From contig JAZRDN010000043.1 of assembly GCA_045660295.1 (NCBI GenBank), positions 83,357-147,356 of the forward strand: a DNA stretch of 64,000 bases. The letters run 5' to 3'. The notes under the pieces are model-generated. The model was not told the origin of the DNA. It did no database searches and worked only from the letters and a program-made list of their open reading frames with translations. Of the stretch, positions 54,623 through 64,000 are shown piece after piece. This DNA comes from Eubacteriales bacterium (GTDB lineage Bacteria; Bacillota; Clostridia; Oscillospirales; CAG-272). The translations under genes and the position numbers were made by a program. Numbering within the stretch: the first letter of the stretch is position 1; every line of letters begins with the position of its first letter.

Positions 54623-55363
54623 CTAAATAAATACGGCGGGTAGGTCGGGCGTAAGCTCTTCTGATACGTTATCAAGACACTCAACACCTATGACCTTGCT
54701 TCTTCCGTTCTTGACCTCGTCAATAAGCTCGTGGATAGAGTGCACCTTTTTGTCAAGCTCCACGCCTCCGGGAAGCTCGATATAATCGGATGCCTTGTGT
54801 CTGTCCGAGCCGCCCGTCATAAGCATTCCGTATTCTTGTGCCGCCATAAGCGCCAGCTTGTTGTGCTCCGGTGTGTTACATGCGTTGTATACCTCAAAGC
54901 CGTCAACCAGAGAGGGACACACCGTCAGGTGATCGCATCTGAAATATGGGCGGTAGCGGTAAGGGTGCGCTTGAATAATAAAGGCTCCGCTTTCACGCGC
55001 CAGCGTGAGAAATTCCACGCGCTTCATATCTCGAAGCTCGGGGCGCGCGATATACCACTCCGGTTCAAGACCGTATATCAGATACTCGTCCCATGTGTCG
55101 AAAAGCTCCTCTACGCCGAAAAAGACCTCAAAGTCCTTGCCATCTGCCGCGGCTTTCATATCGTAGTAGCCCGAAAGGTATTCTTCCATATATTGCGACC
55201 ATGGCAAGCTGCGGTCGGGACGTGTATTTCCATGGAAAAAGTGGTCGGTAAGCACCGCCCCCGAATATCCGTTTTTTATATAAAAATCCACGTATTCACG
55301 CCCCTCGGAAGCGCCGCATTTACTGCCTTGGCTCGAGTGCAGATGGAGCTCGTATTTAAACAT
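54623..55363 (-). CDS. PHP-domain metal-dependent phosphoesterase
   Basis: N-terminal YELHLHSSQGSKCG (HxH), later QAHPYR and GGSDRH. ATG at 55363, 2 nt after the upstream stop. The track extension is rejected. Confidence 0.8.
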   Translation of the reverse strand: MFKYELHLHSSQGSKCGASEGREYVDFYIKNGYSGAVLTDHFFHGNTRPDRSLPWSQYMEEYLSGYYDMKAAADGKDFEVFFGVEELFDTWDEYLIYGLEPEWYIARPELRDMKRVEFLTLARESGAFIIQAHPYRYRPYFRCDHLTVCPSLVDGFEVYNACNTPEHNKLALMAAQEYGMLMTGGSDRHKASDYIELPGGVELDKKVHSIHELIDEVKNGRSKVIGVECLDNVSEELTPDLPAVFI

Positions 55364-55365
55364 CT

Positions 55366-56445
55366 CTAAACCTTTCTTGGAATTGCGTATAAATTCAGAT
55401 CCCAAGCGGGAATGTAACGCAATTTTCTCAAATAAAGCCCGCAATCGGGATATAATTCTTTAACTAAAAGCGGAAGCCTGTACAAGTCCTCACTTCTGTG
55501 ATAGACCGAAACAAGGAGCTTTGGCGAGCACGCCGCGACAGTTTCGCGGCTTCCCATAAGCGCCTCTTGCTCAGAGCCCTCAACGTCGTATTTTATATAG
55601 TTGGGGGCGAAGCCCTTTGCAATGCTGTCCACAGAATCAACCGCTACTTCGGTCAGCTTCGCTCCGCTTTGGGCGCTGAGATTGGCGTTGCGGTTTCCGC
55701 TGGCGTCGAAGAACAGCGTGTCGGCATGCGACCAAGCACCGAGCTTGTGCGCCTTTATTTTGGGCTTTTCAACTGTCTCTGCCCATTCGGAAAGCTTGCG
55801 GAAATTTCTGCGGTCGGGTTCGAATGCTATTACTTCTTCAAGCGTATCAGTATAGCTCATGAGCGAGCGTACCGTGTCGCCGTTGTAAGCGCCCAAGTCG
55901 ATATAGCGCTTTATTTCAGACGGTCGGACAAGCTCTGCCATGACCTCAGCTTCGCTGTCATCGCTTGCAAACAGATAATCTATTTTTCCGCTTAGCTTGT
56001 AGTTTATTATATTTGTGTAAACCTCTCTCGAACGGTCGTCCGCGAGCAGCCCGTAGGCTTCCTCAAATTCTGCTCGGTGAGAGTTGAAGAACTCCATGTT
56101 GAACAGGTTGTCGCCGAATACTGGCACGTCGGGGGCGTAAAGCTCAACCTCTGCAGCTATCAGTTTTATGTTGGCTATAACCTCCGGCAGGGAAGAAGCG
56201 AACGAAAGCAGGACGGTAAAGTCCCCATACTTTTCTTTTGCCTGCGAGTAGGAAAGTACGGTTTTTCCGTGAAAGCTGTGCCCGCGCACGAATCCGTCTG
56301 AGGCGAAAAAATCGGCTATCTCAATGCCGTAGCGCTCACAAACGCGCAATATTTTGTCCGCACCGTTGCCCATGCCGTACATCAGTATGGGCTTGTCTGT
56401 GCTTTTGAGATGATTCCATAAATCAACTTTTACTTCAATATTCAT
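55366..56445 (-). CDS. FkbM-family SAM-dependent methyltransferase with an N-terminal Rossmann-like extension
   Basis: YIDLGAYNGDTV SAM motif and C-terminal FkbM-like features (IKYDVEGSE). Confidence 0.75.
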   Translation of the reverse strand: MNIEVKVDLWNHLKSTDKPILMYGMGNGADKILRVCERYGIEIADFFASDGFVRGHSFHGKTVLSYSQAKEKYGDFTVLLSFASSLPEVIANIKLIAAEVELYAPDVPVFGDNLFNMEFFNSHRAEFEEAYGLLADDRSREVYTNIINYKLSGKIDYLFASDDSEAEVMAELVRPSEIKRYIDLGAYNGDTVRSLMSYTDTLEEVIAFEPDRRNFRKLSEWAETVEKPKIKAHKLGAWSHADTLFFDASGNRNANLSAQSGAKLTEVAVDSVDSIAKGFAPNYIKYDVEGSEQEALMGSRETVAACSPKLLVSVYHRSEDLYRLPLLVKELYPDCGLYLRKLRYIPAWDLNLYAIPRKV

Positions 56446-57266
56446 TTTAACCCCAAAAATCTTGCCGCGTTGTTGTAAAGAATGTTTTCACGCGCTTTCT
56501 CGTCTAGCTCGACCTTCATAAAGCGTTCAAGCTCCTCGTTGGCATAGGCGACGGGATAGTCGGTGCCGAACATCACGCGCTCTGTGCCAAGCGCTTCTAT
56601 TATCTTTTTGGCATAAACGCTGTCAATCACCCAAAATGAGCTTGACGCGTCAAACCATATATTGTCAAAGTCGGTGAGAAGCCCTATCTTGTCCCAAGCC
56701 GTGTAGCCTCCCAGATGAGCCGCCACTACCTCAAGATTCGGGAATCTCTTTTTTATTTTTACAAGCCTCTCGGTAGCCGAGAATTGATATTCCTCTCTGT
56801 CGTCACCCATGTGAAGATAGAGTGGCATTTTTCCTTCTATTGCCTCGTAAAGCGGCATAAGACGTTTGTCGTCTATGTTTACCCGTTGAATATCGGGATG
56901 AATTTTTATACCCTTAAGACCGATAGAAGCAATGCGCTCTACCTCTTTGCCGATTTCGGGATAGTCCTGATGTATTCCGGCGAACCCCACGGGGGTAAAG
57001 CTGTCGGTGGTGTTCGCCTTAACGGTATCTGCCATAAAATCGTTTACGTGCTCTACCTGTTTTGCGTTTGTTGCCACACAGAGCATAAGACATCCGCAAA
57101 CCTGATATTTGACACAAGAGCTGTAGAGGTCGTCAAAAGTTCCTTTTCCCGAGGGCAGAAAATGATAGAGTCTTTCAAAATCGTAAAATACACTCAGACT
57201 GTCAACCGCTTTTTTGGCAACGCTGTCGGGATAAATATGGGTGTGTATATCGAAAATTTTGTACAT
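56442..57266 (-). CDS. amidohydrolase-2 family TIM-barrel metal hydrolase
   Basis: FDIHTHIYP (HxH) N-terminus, later AAHLGG and GTDYP. ATGA overlap with the FkbM gene. Confidence 0.8.
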   Translation of the reverse strand: MYKIFDIHTHIYPDSVAKKAVDSLSVFYDFERLYHFLPSGKGTFDDLYSSCVKYQVCGCLMLCVATNAKQVEHVNDFMADTVKANTTDSFTPVGFAGIHQDYPEIGKEVERIASIGLKGIKIHPDIQRVNIDDKRLMPLYEAIEGKMPLYLHMGDDREEYQFSATERLVKIKKRFPNLEVVAAHLGGYTAWDKIGLLTDFDNIWFDASSSFWVIDSVYAKKIIEALGTERVMFGTDYPVAYANEELERFMKVELDEKARENILYNNAARFLGLK

Positions 57267-57284
57267 TTTGGTGTTCCTTTTTTA

Positions 57285-57313
57285 TTGACTTATGGGAAAA
57301 GTGGTGGTATAAT
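57285..57313 (+). promoter_or_regulatory. sigma-A promoter of the HIT gene
   Basis: TTGACT (57285-57290), 17 nt, TATAAT (57308-57313), with extended TGG. Confidence 0.6.
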
Positions 57314-57340
57314 TAAGAAAAATGATAGGAGGGGCAAATT

Positions 57341-57679
57341 ATGGATTGTCTTTTTTGTAAAATAATAGCAGGGGATATCCCCTCGTCAAAGGTCTATGAG
57401 GACGAGTACGTTTATGCCTTCAACGATATAAACCCTCAGACCCCCGTTCATATTCTCGTCGTTCCCAAGACGCATATCTGCTGTGCCGATGCGGTGAATG
57501 CTGAAAATAGCGTTTGCGTTGCTAAAATTTTCGAGGCTGTTCCAAAGATCGCCGCCGAGGCGGGACTCAAAAACGGCTACCGCGTTATAACCAACTGCGG
57601 AGAGGACGCTTGCCAGAGCGTAAAGCATCTTCATTTCCACATAATGGGCGGCAGAAAGCTTCCCGAAAATATGGGCTAA
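57341..57679 (+). CDS. HIT-family (Hint-like) nucleotide hydrolase
   Basis: CLFCKII N-terminus and the histidine triad HLHFHIMGG. Confidence 0.93.
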   Translation: MDCLFCKIIAGDIPSSKVYEDEYVYAFNDINPQTPVHILVVPKTHICCADAVNAENSVCVAKIFEAVPKIAAEAGLKNGYRVITNCGEDACQSVKHLHFHIMGGRKLPENMG

Positions 57680-57687
57680 AAGGCAAT

Positions 57688-57720
57688 GGGCTGTTGCGAA
57701 AACGCTTCAGCCCTTTTTTA
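57688..57720 (+). terminator. terminator after the HIT gene
   Basis: GGGCTG..GCG-AAAA-CGC..CAGCCC followed by TTTTTT. Confidence 0.7.
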
Positions 57721-57800
57721 TTTTACTATGAGTTTTATGTTTCCGTTAGCATCGGGCGTTATCACGTGTTCCTTTGCGATAAAGCTTTTTCGTGTTTTTA

Positions 57801-59117
57801 TCAGCCTACGAACTCGTCGTAAATAGCCTGCATAGCGCGCTCAAAATCGGATTCCTCAACACCTACGATGATGTTAAGCTCGCTGGAGCCCTGGTCGATC
57901 ATCTTGATGTTTACGTCAGCACCCGATATAGCGTCAAACACGCGTGCCGCTGTACCCTTGGTCTTTACCATTCCGCGTCCAACGACCGCGATAAGCGCCA
58001 TGCCGTCCTCAATAGAAATGCTGTCGGGACGAACCATTCTCTGGATTCTGTTGAGAAGTCTGTCGCGGATGTCATCTATTTGCTTTGTTTCAAGCACAAC
58101 ACTCATGGTGTCAACACCCGAGGGAAGATGCTCGAAGGAAATGTCGTTTTCCTCAAACACCTCAAGAACACGTCTGCCGAAGCCTATCTCGGCGTTCATC
58201 ATGTCCTTTTCAATGGTGATAACCGAGTAACCCTTGCGTCCCGCAATACCCGTTATAACTCTGCTTTGGTCGTAGCTGTGAGCGTGGGGAACTATCATCG
58301 TTCCCGCGTCCTCAGGGCGATTTGTGTTCTTTATGTTGATCGGAATACCCGCGTATCTCACGGGGAATATAGCCTCGTCGTGAAGAACGGTAGCGCCCAT
58401 GTAGGAAAGCTCGCGAAGCTCGCGGTAGGTGATGGTTTCGATAGCGCAGGGATTCTCAACTATTCTCGGGTCAGCCATCATAAAGCCCGAAACGTCTGTC
58501 CAGTTTTCGTAAAGGTCAGCGTCAACCGCGCGGGCAACAATAGAGCCGGTAATGTCAGAGCCACCGCGCGAAAAGGTCTTGATGGTTCCGTTGGGAGTGA
58601 TGCCGTAGAAGCCGGGAATTACAGCGTGATTGTGATGCTTAAGCTCGTCACGCATCTCGCGGTTGGTCTTGTCCTCATCAAAGGAGCCGTCCTCCTTGAA
58701 GTATATAACGTTCTCCGCGTCAACGAAATCAAAGCCTATGTACTTGGCAAGAATAAGACCGTTAAGATACTCACCGCGGCTTGCGGCATAATCGCGGCCC
58801 GAGTGGTGGAGCATAGCGTTCTTTACGTATTCAAGCTCGCCCGAAATATCGAAATTAAGCCCAAGCTCGGCAATTATGCCGTTATATCTATCGGCGATCT
58901 TGGCAAATTGCTCGTCTATATTTTCGTTGTTTCTTATCATGTCGTAGCACTTGTAGAGCATGTCGGTTACTTTCGTGTCACTCGAATTTCTCTTTCCGGG
59001 TGCGGAGGGAACGACGTACTTTCTCGATTCGTCGGCCTTGATGATCTTAGCAACCTGCTTGAAGTGTTCAGCGTCGGCAAGAGATGAGCCGCCGAATTTT
59101 ACAACCTTAACTTCCAT
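57801..59117 (-). CDS. aspartate kinase
   Basis: VVKFGGSSLA N-terminus, amino-acid kinase fold, two C-terminal ACT-like repeats. Confidence 0.93.
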   Translation of the reverse strand: MEVKVVKFGGSSLADAEHFKQVAKIIKADESRKYVVPSAPGKRNSSDTKVTDMLYKCYDMIRNNENIDEQFAKIADRYNGIIAELGLNFDISGELEYVKNAMLHHSGRDYAASRGEYLNGLILAKYIGFDFVDAENVIYFKEDGSFDEDKTNREMRDELKHHNHAVIPGFYGITPNGTIKTFSRGGSDITGSIVARAVDADLYENWTDVSGFMMADPRIVENPCAIETITYRELRELSYMGATVLHDEAIFPVRYAGIPINIKNTNRPEDAGTMIVPHAHSYDQSRVITGIAGRKGYSVITIEKDMMNAEIGFGRRVLEVFEENDISFEHLPSGVDTMSVVLETKQIDDIRDRLLNRIQRMVRPDSISIEDGMALIAVVGRGMVKTKGTAARVFDAISGADVNIKMIDQGSSELNIIVGVEESDFERAMQAIYDEFVG

Positions 59118-59301
59118 AATTAGTCCTCTCTTTTAAAAAATAAATTTAACTATGATATATAATTATATGTAATAACTTGTTTTATGTCAATAGTTTGGAA
59201 GCTACATAAAAATATTTTGTGAATATTTTCAACAACCGCGCCGCGTGAGCGCCCTGAAATGTGCAATTTTACGAAAAAATCAAGAAAAATCTCAAAATTT
59301 A

Positions 59302-59330
59302 TTTACAACAATACATATGTGTGGTATAAT
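59302..59330 (+). promoter_or_regulatory. sigma-A promoter of the ABC exporter gene
   Basis: TTTACA (59302-59307), 17 nt, TATAAT (59325-59330), with extended TGG. It overlaps the track's TTG start, which is therefore rejected. Confidence 0.6.
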
Positions 59331-59365
59331 TGAAGTATTCAAAACAGAGAAAGCGAGGCATGGCA

Positions 59366-61345
59366 ATGAATAATTCCCCCAAAAGGCCGACGGAGAAGCA
59401 AGCTCCGCCTCAAAAAAATAAGAAAAACGACGTGTATGTAGGTCCGGGCGGCTTTAACTATCAAAAGGTAGCTCCGCCCAAGTCCCTGCGCGACCTTCCG
59501 CGTTATTTGAAGGAACTGCTCGGCGGTTTCTTTTATAGACTTTTTTACATATTTGAGTTGGTGTGGAAAACCGGACCGTGGATTCTCTTTGCCTTGCTCT
59601 TTATAGCCATCGTTACCGGTATAATGCCGGTTCTCGGGTCTATTATATCCAAGCAGATACTCAATGAGATGCAGGTGGTCATCACCGACCGCGCCATAGG
59701 CAACCTGCTTGGTGACTTCTGGACGTCAAACATCATGTTCCTGCTTATCTTCCTTTTCACCTACCGCATACTTAACAGAGTGGTCGGAAGCCTTGAATCG
59801 GCGGTAACGCATATCGCGGGCGAAAAGGTGGTGAGCTATATAAAGCTCCGCATAATGAAAAAGTCCGAGGAGATAGACCTTGCGGCTTACGATATGCCCG
59901 AGTTTTACGAAAAGCTGGAAAACGCCAACAGGGAAGCGGGCATGAGACCTGTGCAGATACTTTCCGCCACCTTCAGAATGGTCAGCACGCTCATAGGACT
60001 TGTCAGCTACGTTGTCATTATATCCGCGGCGTTCCCGATAGCAGCGGTATGTATTATTGCCGTGTCGATTCCCTCTGCGGCAGTCAGCTTTGTATACAGA
60101 CACAAGCACTTCAGATATATGCGCCACCGCTCCAAGGAGCGCAGACAGATGAACTATTATTCCGAGATAATGGTAAATAAGGACGTTGTCAAGGAAATAA
60201 GAATGTTCGACCTCGGTCCTACATTTGTAAATAAATACAGGCAGGTATTTGATGGCTACTATAAGGGCATAAGACAGCTTGTGGCGCATGAAAGCATCTG
60301 GTCTGTGGTAATGGCAATGCTTTCCTCGGTAGTCAATTGCGTGTTTTACGCGGTGATAGCTATGGGCGTGTTCAGCGGCGACTTTATGATAGGTGATTAC
60401 TCGCTTTATACAAATTCACTTTCGTCTATCGCTACGGCTGTGGGAAGCGTTATAGGTATATCGGCTACTATATACGAGGGAACTCTCTTTATAGATAACC
60501 TTATAGCCTTTATGAAAGCCGACAAGACCATAGCGGCACCCAAGGTGTCGCACGCGCTTGAAAGGGGCGTGGCGCACACTATTGAGTTCAAGAACGTCAG
60601 CTTCGCTTATCCCGGAACCGAGCGTAAGGTTATCAAAAATGTCAGCTTCGTTCTTAACCCGGGAGAGACTACCGTTCTTGTAGGGCTTAACGGTGCGGGT
60701 AAGACAACGCTTATCAAGCTCCTTACCAGACTTTACGACCCCAGCGAGGGTGAGATACTTCTTGACGGCGTAAATATAAAGGAATATGACCCCAAGGAGC
60801 TTTACAGCATGTTCGGTATCATATTCCAGGATTTCGGAAAATATGCCTGTACCGTCTCCGAAAATATTATGTTCGGAGAGGTCGAGGCGGAGCGTGATGA
60901 CGAGCGTATTCTTGAGTCAGCGAAGTCCGCGAACGCCAATGACTTTATAGAAAAGCTTCCCGTGGGCTACGAAACACCGCTTATGCGTATCTTTGAGCGA
61001 GAGGGAACAGAGCTTTCCATCGGTCAGTGGCAGAAGCTCGCCATAGCAAGAGCCTTTTACAGCGATTCCGACGTGCTTATACTTGACGAGCCGACAGCGT
61101 CGCTCGATGCCATAGCCGAGCAGGAGATATATAACCAGTTCGAGTCGCTTCGCAAGGATAAAACGACTATATTTGTCTCGCACAGACTTTCCAGCGCTAC
61201 CACCGCCTCAAAGATAATAGTCCTTGAATACGGTGAGCTTATAGAAATGGGAACTCATAAGGAGCTTATGGCTAAAGAGGGAAGATACTACGAGCTCTTC
61301 TCCACTCAGGCAAAGCACTACGTTGAGGGCGCGGATGGGGATTAA
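59366..61345 (+). CDS. ABC transporter permease/ATP-binding fusion (type I exporter, MdlB/MsbA-like)
   Basis: Six-TM exporter domain. Walker A GLNGAGKTTL, signature LSIGQWQKL, Walker B VLILDEPTASLD. Start ATG at 59366 (7 nt after GAGG) or 59360. Confidence 0.9.
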   Translation: MNNSPKRPTEKQAPPQKNKKNDVYVGPGGFNYQKVAPPKSLRDLPRYLKELLGGFFYRLFYIFELVWKTGPWILFALLFIAIVTGIMPVLGSIISKQILNEMQVVITDRAIGNLLGDFWTSNIMFLLIFLFTYRILNRVVGSLESAVTHIAGEKVVSYIKLRIMKKSEEIDLAAYDMPEFYEKLENANREAGMRPVQILSATFRMVSTLIGLVSYVVIISAAFPIAAVCIIAVSIPSAAVSFVYRHKHFRYMRHRSKERRQMNYYSEIMVNKDVVKEIRMFDLGPTFVNKYRQVFDGYYKGIRQLVAHESIWSVVMAMLSSVVNCVFYAVIAMGVFSGDFMIGDYSLYTNSLSSIATAVGSVIGISATIYEGTLFIDNLIAFMKADKTIAAPKVSHALERGVAHTIEFKNVSFAYPGTERKVIKNVSFVLNPGETTVLVGLNGAGKTTLIKLLTRLYDPSEGEILLDGVNIKEYDPKELYSMFGIIFQDFGKYACTVSENIMFGEVEAERDDERILESAKSANANDFIEKLPVGYETPLMRIFEREGTELSIGQWQKLAIARAFYSDSDVLILDEPTASLDAIAEQEIYNQFESLRKDKTTIFVSHRLSSATTASKIIVLEYGELIEMGTHKELMAKEGRYYELFSTQAKHYVEGADGD

Positions 61346-61370
61346 GTATTGACACGCAATTTTATTTGTA

Positions 61371-61400
61371 AAAAACGCCGTTGTTCAAACGGCGTTTTTG
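61371..61400 (+). terminator. rho-independent terminator after the ABC exporter gene
   Basis: ACGCCGTT-GTTCA-AACGGCGT followed by TTTTT. Confidence 0.85.
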
Positions 61401-61471
61401 TATTACGACGTATTTGTTCGCACATTTTGTAAGTCGTGAACGACGAAGTTTATCGCTCACGGCGGTGAAGT

Positions 61472-61503
61472 GAAAGAAAAACCGCCGAGAAAATCTCGGC
61501 GGT
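61472..61503 (-). terminator. rho-independent terminator of rpsT
   Basis: 10-bp stem ACCGCCGAGA/TCTCGGCGGT with a 3-nt loop, followed on the minus strand by TTTTCTTTC. Confidence 0.85.
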
Positions 61504-61522
61504 TAAACTTTTTTGAACCAAA

Positions 61523-61786
61523 TTAGCCAATAGCGTTGAGCTTCTTTGTGAACTGGCTCTTCTTGCGAGCTGCTGCGTTCTTATGAATGATTCCGCAAGC
61601 TGCTGCCTGGTCGATCTTCTTAACTGCTGCCTTGTAGGTAACCTTTGCAAGCTCTACGTCTCCGGCCTCAAGCGCTGCCTCATACTTCTTGATGTCAGTC
61701 TTGAGCTGAGTCTTGAAAATCTTGTTCTGAAGTGTCTTGGTTTCGATAACCTTAACGCGCTTCTTTGCACTCTTGATGTTCGGCAT
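61523..61786 (-). CDS. rpsT: 30S ribosomal protein S20
   Basis: MPNIKSAKKRVKVIETKTLQNKIFKTQLKT... (87 aa). ATG at 61786 after AGGGAG. The track ORF extension into the AT-rich spacer is rejected. Confidence 0.96.
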   Translation of the reverse strand: MPNIKSAKKRVKVIETKTLQNKIFKTQLKTDIKKYEAALEAGDVELAKVTYKAAVKKIDQAAACGIIHKNAAARKKSQFTKKLNAIG

Positions 61787-61867
61787 GTTTTCATCTCCCT
61801 TTTTCAAAATTAGTCTTAACAACGATACCTGAGAGGGTGTACCGTTGCATTCGTCCATACGTTGTAT

Positions 61868-61896
61868 ATGATACCACAACAAAATCAAAATTGCAA
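61868..61896 (-). promoter_or_regulatory. probable promoter of rpsT
   Basis: On the minus strand: TTGCAA (61891-61896), 17 nt, TATCAT (61868-61873), with extended TGG. Confidence 0.5.
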
Positions 61897-62027
61897 TACT
61901 TTTTTCAAAAAAAAATGAAAAATATTGAAATTTTTTTAAAAATGCCAAAAAAGCAACCCGCGAGGAGCGGAATTTTACAAAAACATATAAAAATATAATA
62001 AAAATTGGAAAAAATTTTAAAAAACGC

Positions 62028-62056
62028 TTGACAAATGCAAAAAAGTATGCTAAAAT
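62028..62056 (+). promoter_or_regulatory. sigma-A promoter of rpoB
   Basis: TTGACA (62028-62033), 17 nt, TAAAAT (62051-62056), with extended TGC. Leaves a leader of about 150 nt. Confidence 0.65.
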
Positions 62057-62210
62057 TATAAACTGCATTATAATTGCTATCTCTGTCCGACAAGGGGTGG
62101 CAAAAGCTGGAAGAAAAAACTTTTTTCCATGTTTAAGTAAGTTGCAAAGGTAGCCTTGGGGTTCTCCGTCGGACGCGGAGAATACTACTTTGAAGGAGTG
62201 AATGTATTAA

Positions 62211-64000
62211 ATGGTCAATGTAAGAGAACAAAAGCTTGGCAAAAACGTGAGAATGAGCTTTTCCAAGACGAAAAACGCGCTCGAGCTTCCCAATCTGGTT
62301 GAGATCCAGACTAAGTCGTTCAAGTGGTTTCTTGAAAAAGGTCTTGATGAGGTACTTAGGGACGTTTCCCCGATAACCGACTTTTCGGGTAATCTGTCTA
62401 TAGAATTTCTCTCATACTCAATCGACGCTAAGCCGAAATACTCTGTTGAGGAGTGTAAGGAGAGGGACGCGAACTATGCGGCACCCTTGAAGGTAAATGT
62501 AAGACTTACCAATAAGCTGACGGGCGAGGTCAAGCAGGCTGATGTGTTTATGGGCGAGCTTCCCATAATGACAGAAACAGGCACCTTCGTTATTAACGGA
62601 GCAGAGCGTGTTATCGTATCGCAGCTCGTGCGTTCTCCCGGTATGTACTATTCTTCGGAATTTGACAAAACGGGTAAGAAAACATACGCTTCTACAGTCA
62701 TTCCGTACCGCGGCGCTTGGCTGGAATATGAAATAGACGTAAACGGCGTTGCATACGTCCGTATAGATAAGAACCGCAAGGTTCCCGTAACAATGCTTAT
62801 CCGTGCGCTCGGTGTCCAGCTTGTTGACGGTGAGGCAAGCGCTAAAAATCCCGAGTACGAATCCCGCATCGAAACCAAGGAAGATGTTTATGCGATATTC
62901 GGCGAAGAAGAGACTCTTGTCGCAACCTTTGAGAAGGACGAGTCCGAGGGACTTGCTCTTAATAACGGAACAAATTGCGGCGTTGAAGCTATTAAGGAAA
63001 TATACAAGAGACTCCGTCCGGGCGAGCCTCCTATCGTTGAGTCCGCGCACTCGCTTCTTAACGGATATTTCTTCGATCAGAGAAGATACGATATCGAGCC
63101 TGTCGGAAGATATAAGTTCGATAAGAAGCTTGCGATCTCCGAGAGAATCGCTAACCGCAGACTTGCCGAGGACGTTATAAGCCCCATTACGGGTGAGATC
63201 CTCTTTGAGGCAGGCGCTGTTATTAATAAGGAAGATGCTATCGCTATCGAGAACGCGGGCGTAAACTCTGTTGCGGTCAAGCTTGATAACGATAAGATTG
63301 TTAAGATCTTCTCCAATAACACTATCTACCCCGAGCAGCTCCTTGGCTATGACCTTAAGGACTGCGATATAAACGAAAAGGTAAGAACAAACGTGCTCCT
63401 TTCCATAATTGAGGAGTGCGACGGAGATGTAGATAAGGTAAAGGAGCTTGCTAAGGCAAGAGTAAGCGAGCTCTGCCCCAAGCATATAACAAAGGACGAT
63501 ATCTTCGCTTCCATCAACTATCTGTTTAACCTTACGCACGATATAGGAAGTGTTGATGATATCGACCACCTCGGAAACCGTAGAATCCGCTCTGTCGGAG
63601 AGCAGCTTCAGAACCAGCTTCGTGTCGGTTTCTCGAGAATGGATAAAATAATAAAGGAAAGAATGACCACTCAGGACAACGAGAAGATAACGCCCCAGCA
63701 GCTTATCAATATCCGTCCTGTGGCTACTGTTATCCGTGAATTCTTCGGATCTTCTCAGCTCTCGCAGTTCATGGATCAGAACAACCCCCTTGCCGAGCTT
63801 ACTCACAAGAGAAGACTTTCGGCACTTGGTCCCGGCGGTCTTTCCCGTGACCGTGCGTCCTTCGACGTCCGTGACGTTCACTATACCCATTACGGTAGAA
63901 TGTGTCCCATCGAGACTCCCGAAGGTCCTAACATCGGTCTTATTTCCTATCTTACAACTTATGCACGTATCAGCGACTACGGCTTTATCGAAGCGCCTTA
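62211..64000 (+). CDS. rpoB: DNA-directed RNA polymerase subunit beta, 3'-truncated by the window edge (absent from the ORF track)
   Basis: My translation: [70 protein letters not shown]... later ...[44 protein letters not shown]. The frame is open to nt 64000. Confidence 0.97.
   Translation, partial: MVNVREQKLGKNVRMSFSKTKNALELPNLVEIQTKSFKWFLEKGLDEVLRDVSPITDFSGNLSIEFLSYSIDAKPKYSVEECKERDANYAAPLKVNVRLTNKLTGEVKQADVFMGELPIMTETGTFVINGAERVIVSQLVRSPGMYYSSEFDKTGKKTYASTVIPYRGAWLEYEIDVNGVAYVRIDKNRKVPVTMLIRALGVQLVDGEASAKNPEYESRIETKEDVYAIFGEEETLVATFEKDESEGLALNNGTNCGVEAIKEIYKRLRPGEPPIVESAHSLLNGYFFDQRRYDIEPVGRYKFDKKLAISERIANRRLAEDVISPITGEILFEAGAVINKEDAIAIENAGVNSVAVKLDNDKIVKIFSNNTIYPEQLLGYDLKDCDINEKVRTNVLLSIIEECDGDVDKVKELAKARVSELCPKHITKDDIFASINYLFNLTHDIGSVDDIDHLGNRRIRSVGEQLQNQLRVGFSRMDKIIKERMTTQDNEKITPQQLINIRPVATVIREFFGSSQLSQFMDQNNPLAELTHKRRLSALGPGGLSRDRASFDVRDVHYTHYGRMCPIETPEGPNIGLISYLTTYARISDYGFIEAP

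Noticed and set aside
55816-55827. A tRNA T-arm-like string GGGTTCGAATGC.
   Set aside because: It lies inside the FkbM methyltransferase CDS with no flanking acceptor, D or anticodon stems. I could assemble no cloverleaf anywhere in the window.
59118-59301. A possible lysine riboswitch or T-box upstream of aspartate kinase.
   Set aside because: The spacer is AT-rich. It shows none of the conserved L-box core helices and no terminator/antiterminator pair.
1-64000. A search for CRISPR arrays, IS elements or transposases, integrases, phage modules, toxin-antitoxin pairs and known defence-system signatures.
   Set aside because: I saw no regularly spaced direct repeats. No DDE, serine or tyrosine recombinase-like ORFs appeared. 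There are no long terminal inverted repeats and no nuclease, helicase or methylase clusters. Every ORF above 100 aa that is not antisense to a known gene has a plausible metabolic or housekeeping assignment.

Overview
This is a core-chromosome window from a Firmicutes genome, probably Clostridia. That assignment is inferred from three things: gene strings (dprA-topA-trmFO; plsX-rnc-radical SAM-smc-ftsY; yhbY-nadD-yqeK-LCP-rsfS-leuS; holB-yaaT-...-yabB-like methyltransferase), frequent TGnTATAAT extended -10 promoters, and L10/L20 leader attenuators. About 62 protein genes are supported and most are housekeeping. They include a compact dcw cluster (PBP-murE-murF-mraY-ftsW-murG, then ftsZ), rplJL, prfB, trmK-nif3, infC-rpmI-rplT, leuS, rpsU, aspartate kinase, rpsT and the start of rpoB. 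rpsU (58 aa) and the 5' part of rpoB are real genes that the ORF track misses. Several track ORFs carry spurious N-terminal extensions, and I give corrected starts. I found no rRNA, tRNA, CRISPR array, transposase, integrase, phage gene or recognisable defence gene. Accessory content is limited to: (i) an AraC-gated five-gene flavin/NAD redox island at 13.0-19.0 kb, (ii) a lipoprotein with a degenerate trypsin-like domain, (iii) an AraC-ThuA pair plus a GNAT, (iv) a lone intracellular GH78 rhamnosidase, (v) an amidohydrolase-FkbM methyltransferase-PHP operon upstream of holB, and (vi) an ABC exporter. The best candidate for an undescribed system is the redox island, which contains a stand-alone FMN/[4Fe-4S] OYE barrel next to a large FrdA-like flavoprotein. 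Other points worth a second look are rplJL uncoupled from both rplKA and rpoBC, a prfB without the programmed frameshift behind a duplicated-promoter and hairpin-rich upstream region, and infC with an apparent ATC start. Overall the window is mostly ordinary. All family calls rest on motif recognition by eye and recalled family knowledge, with no database search, folding or statistics.
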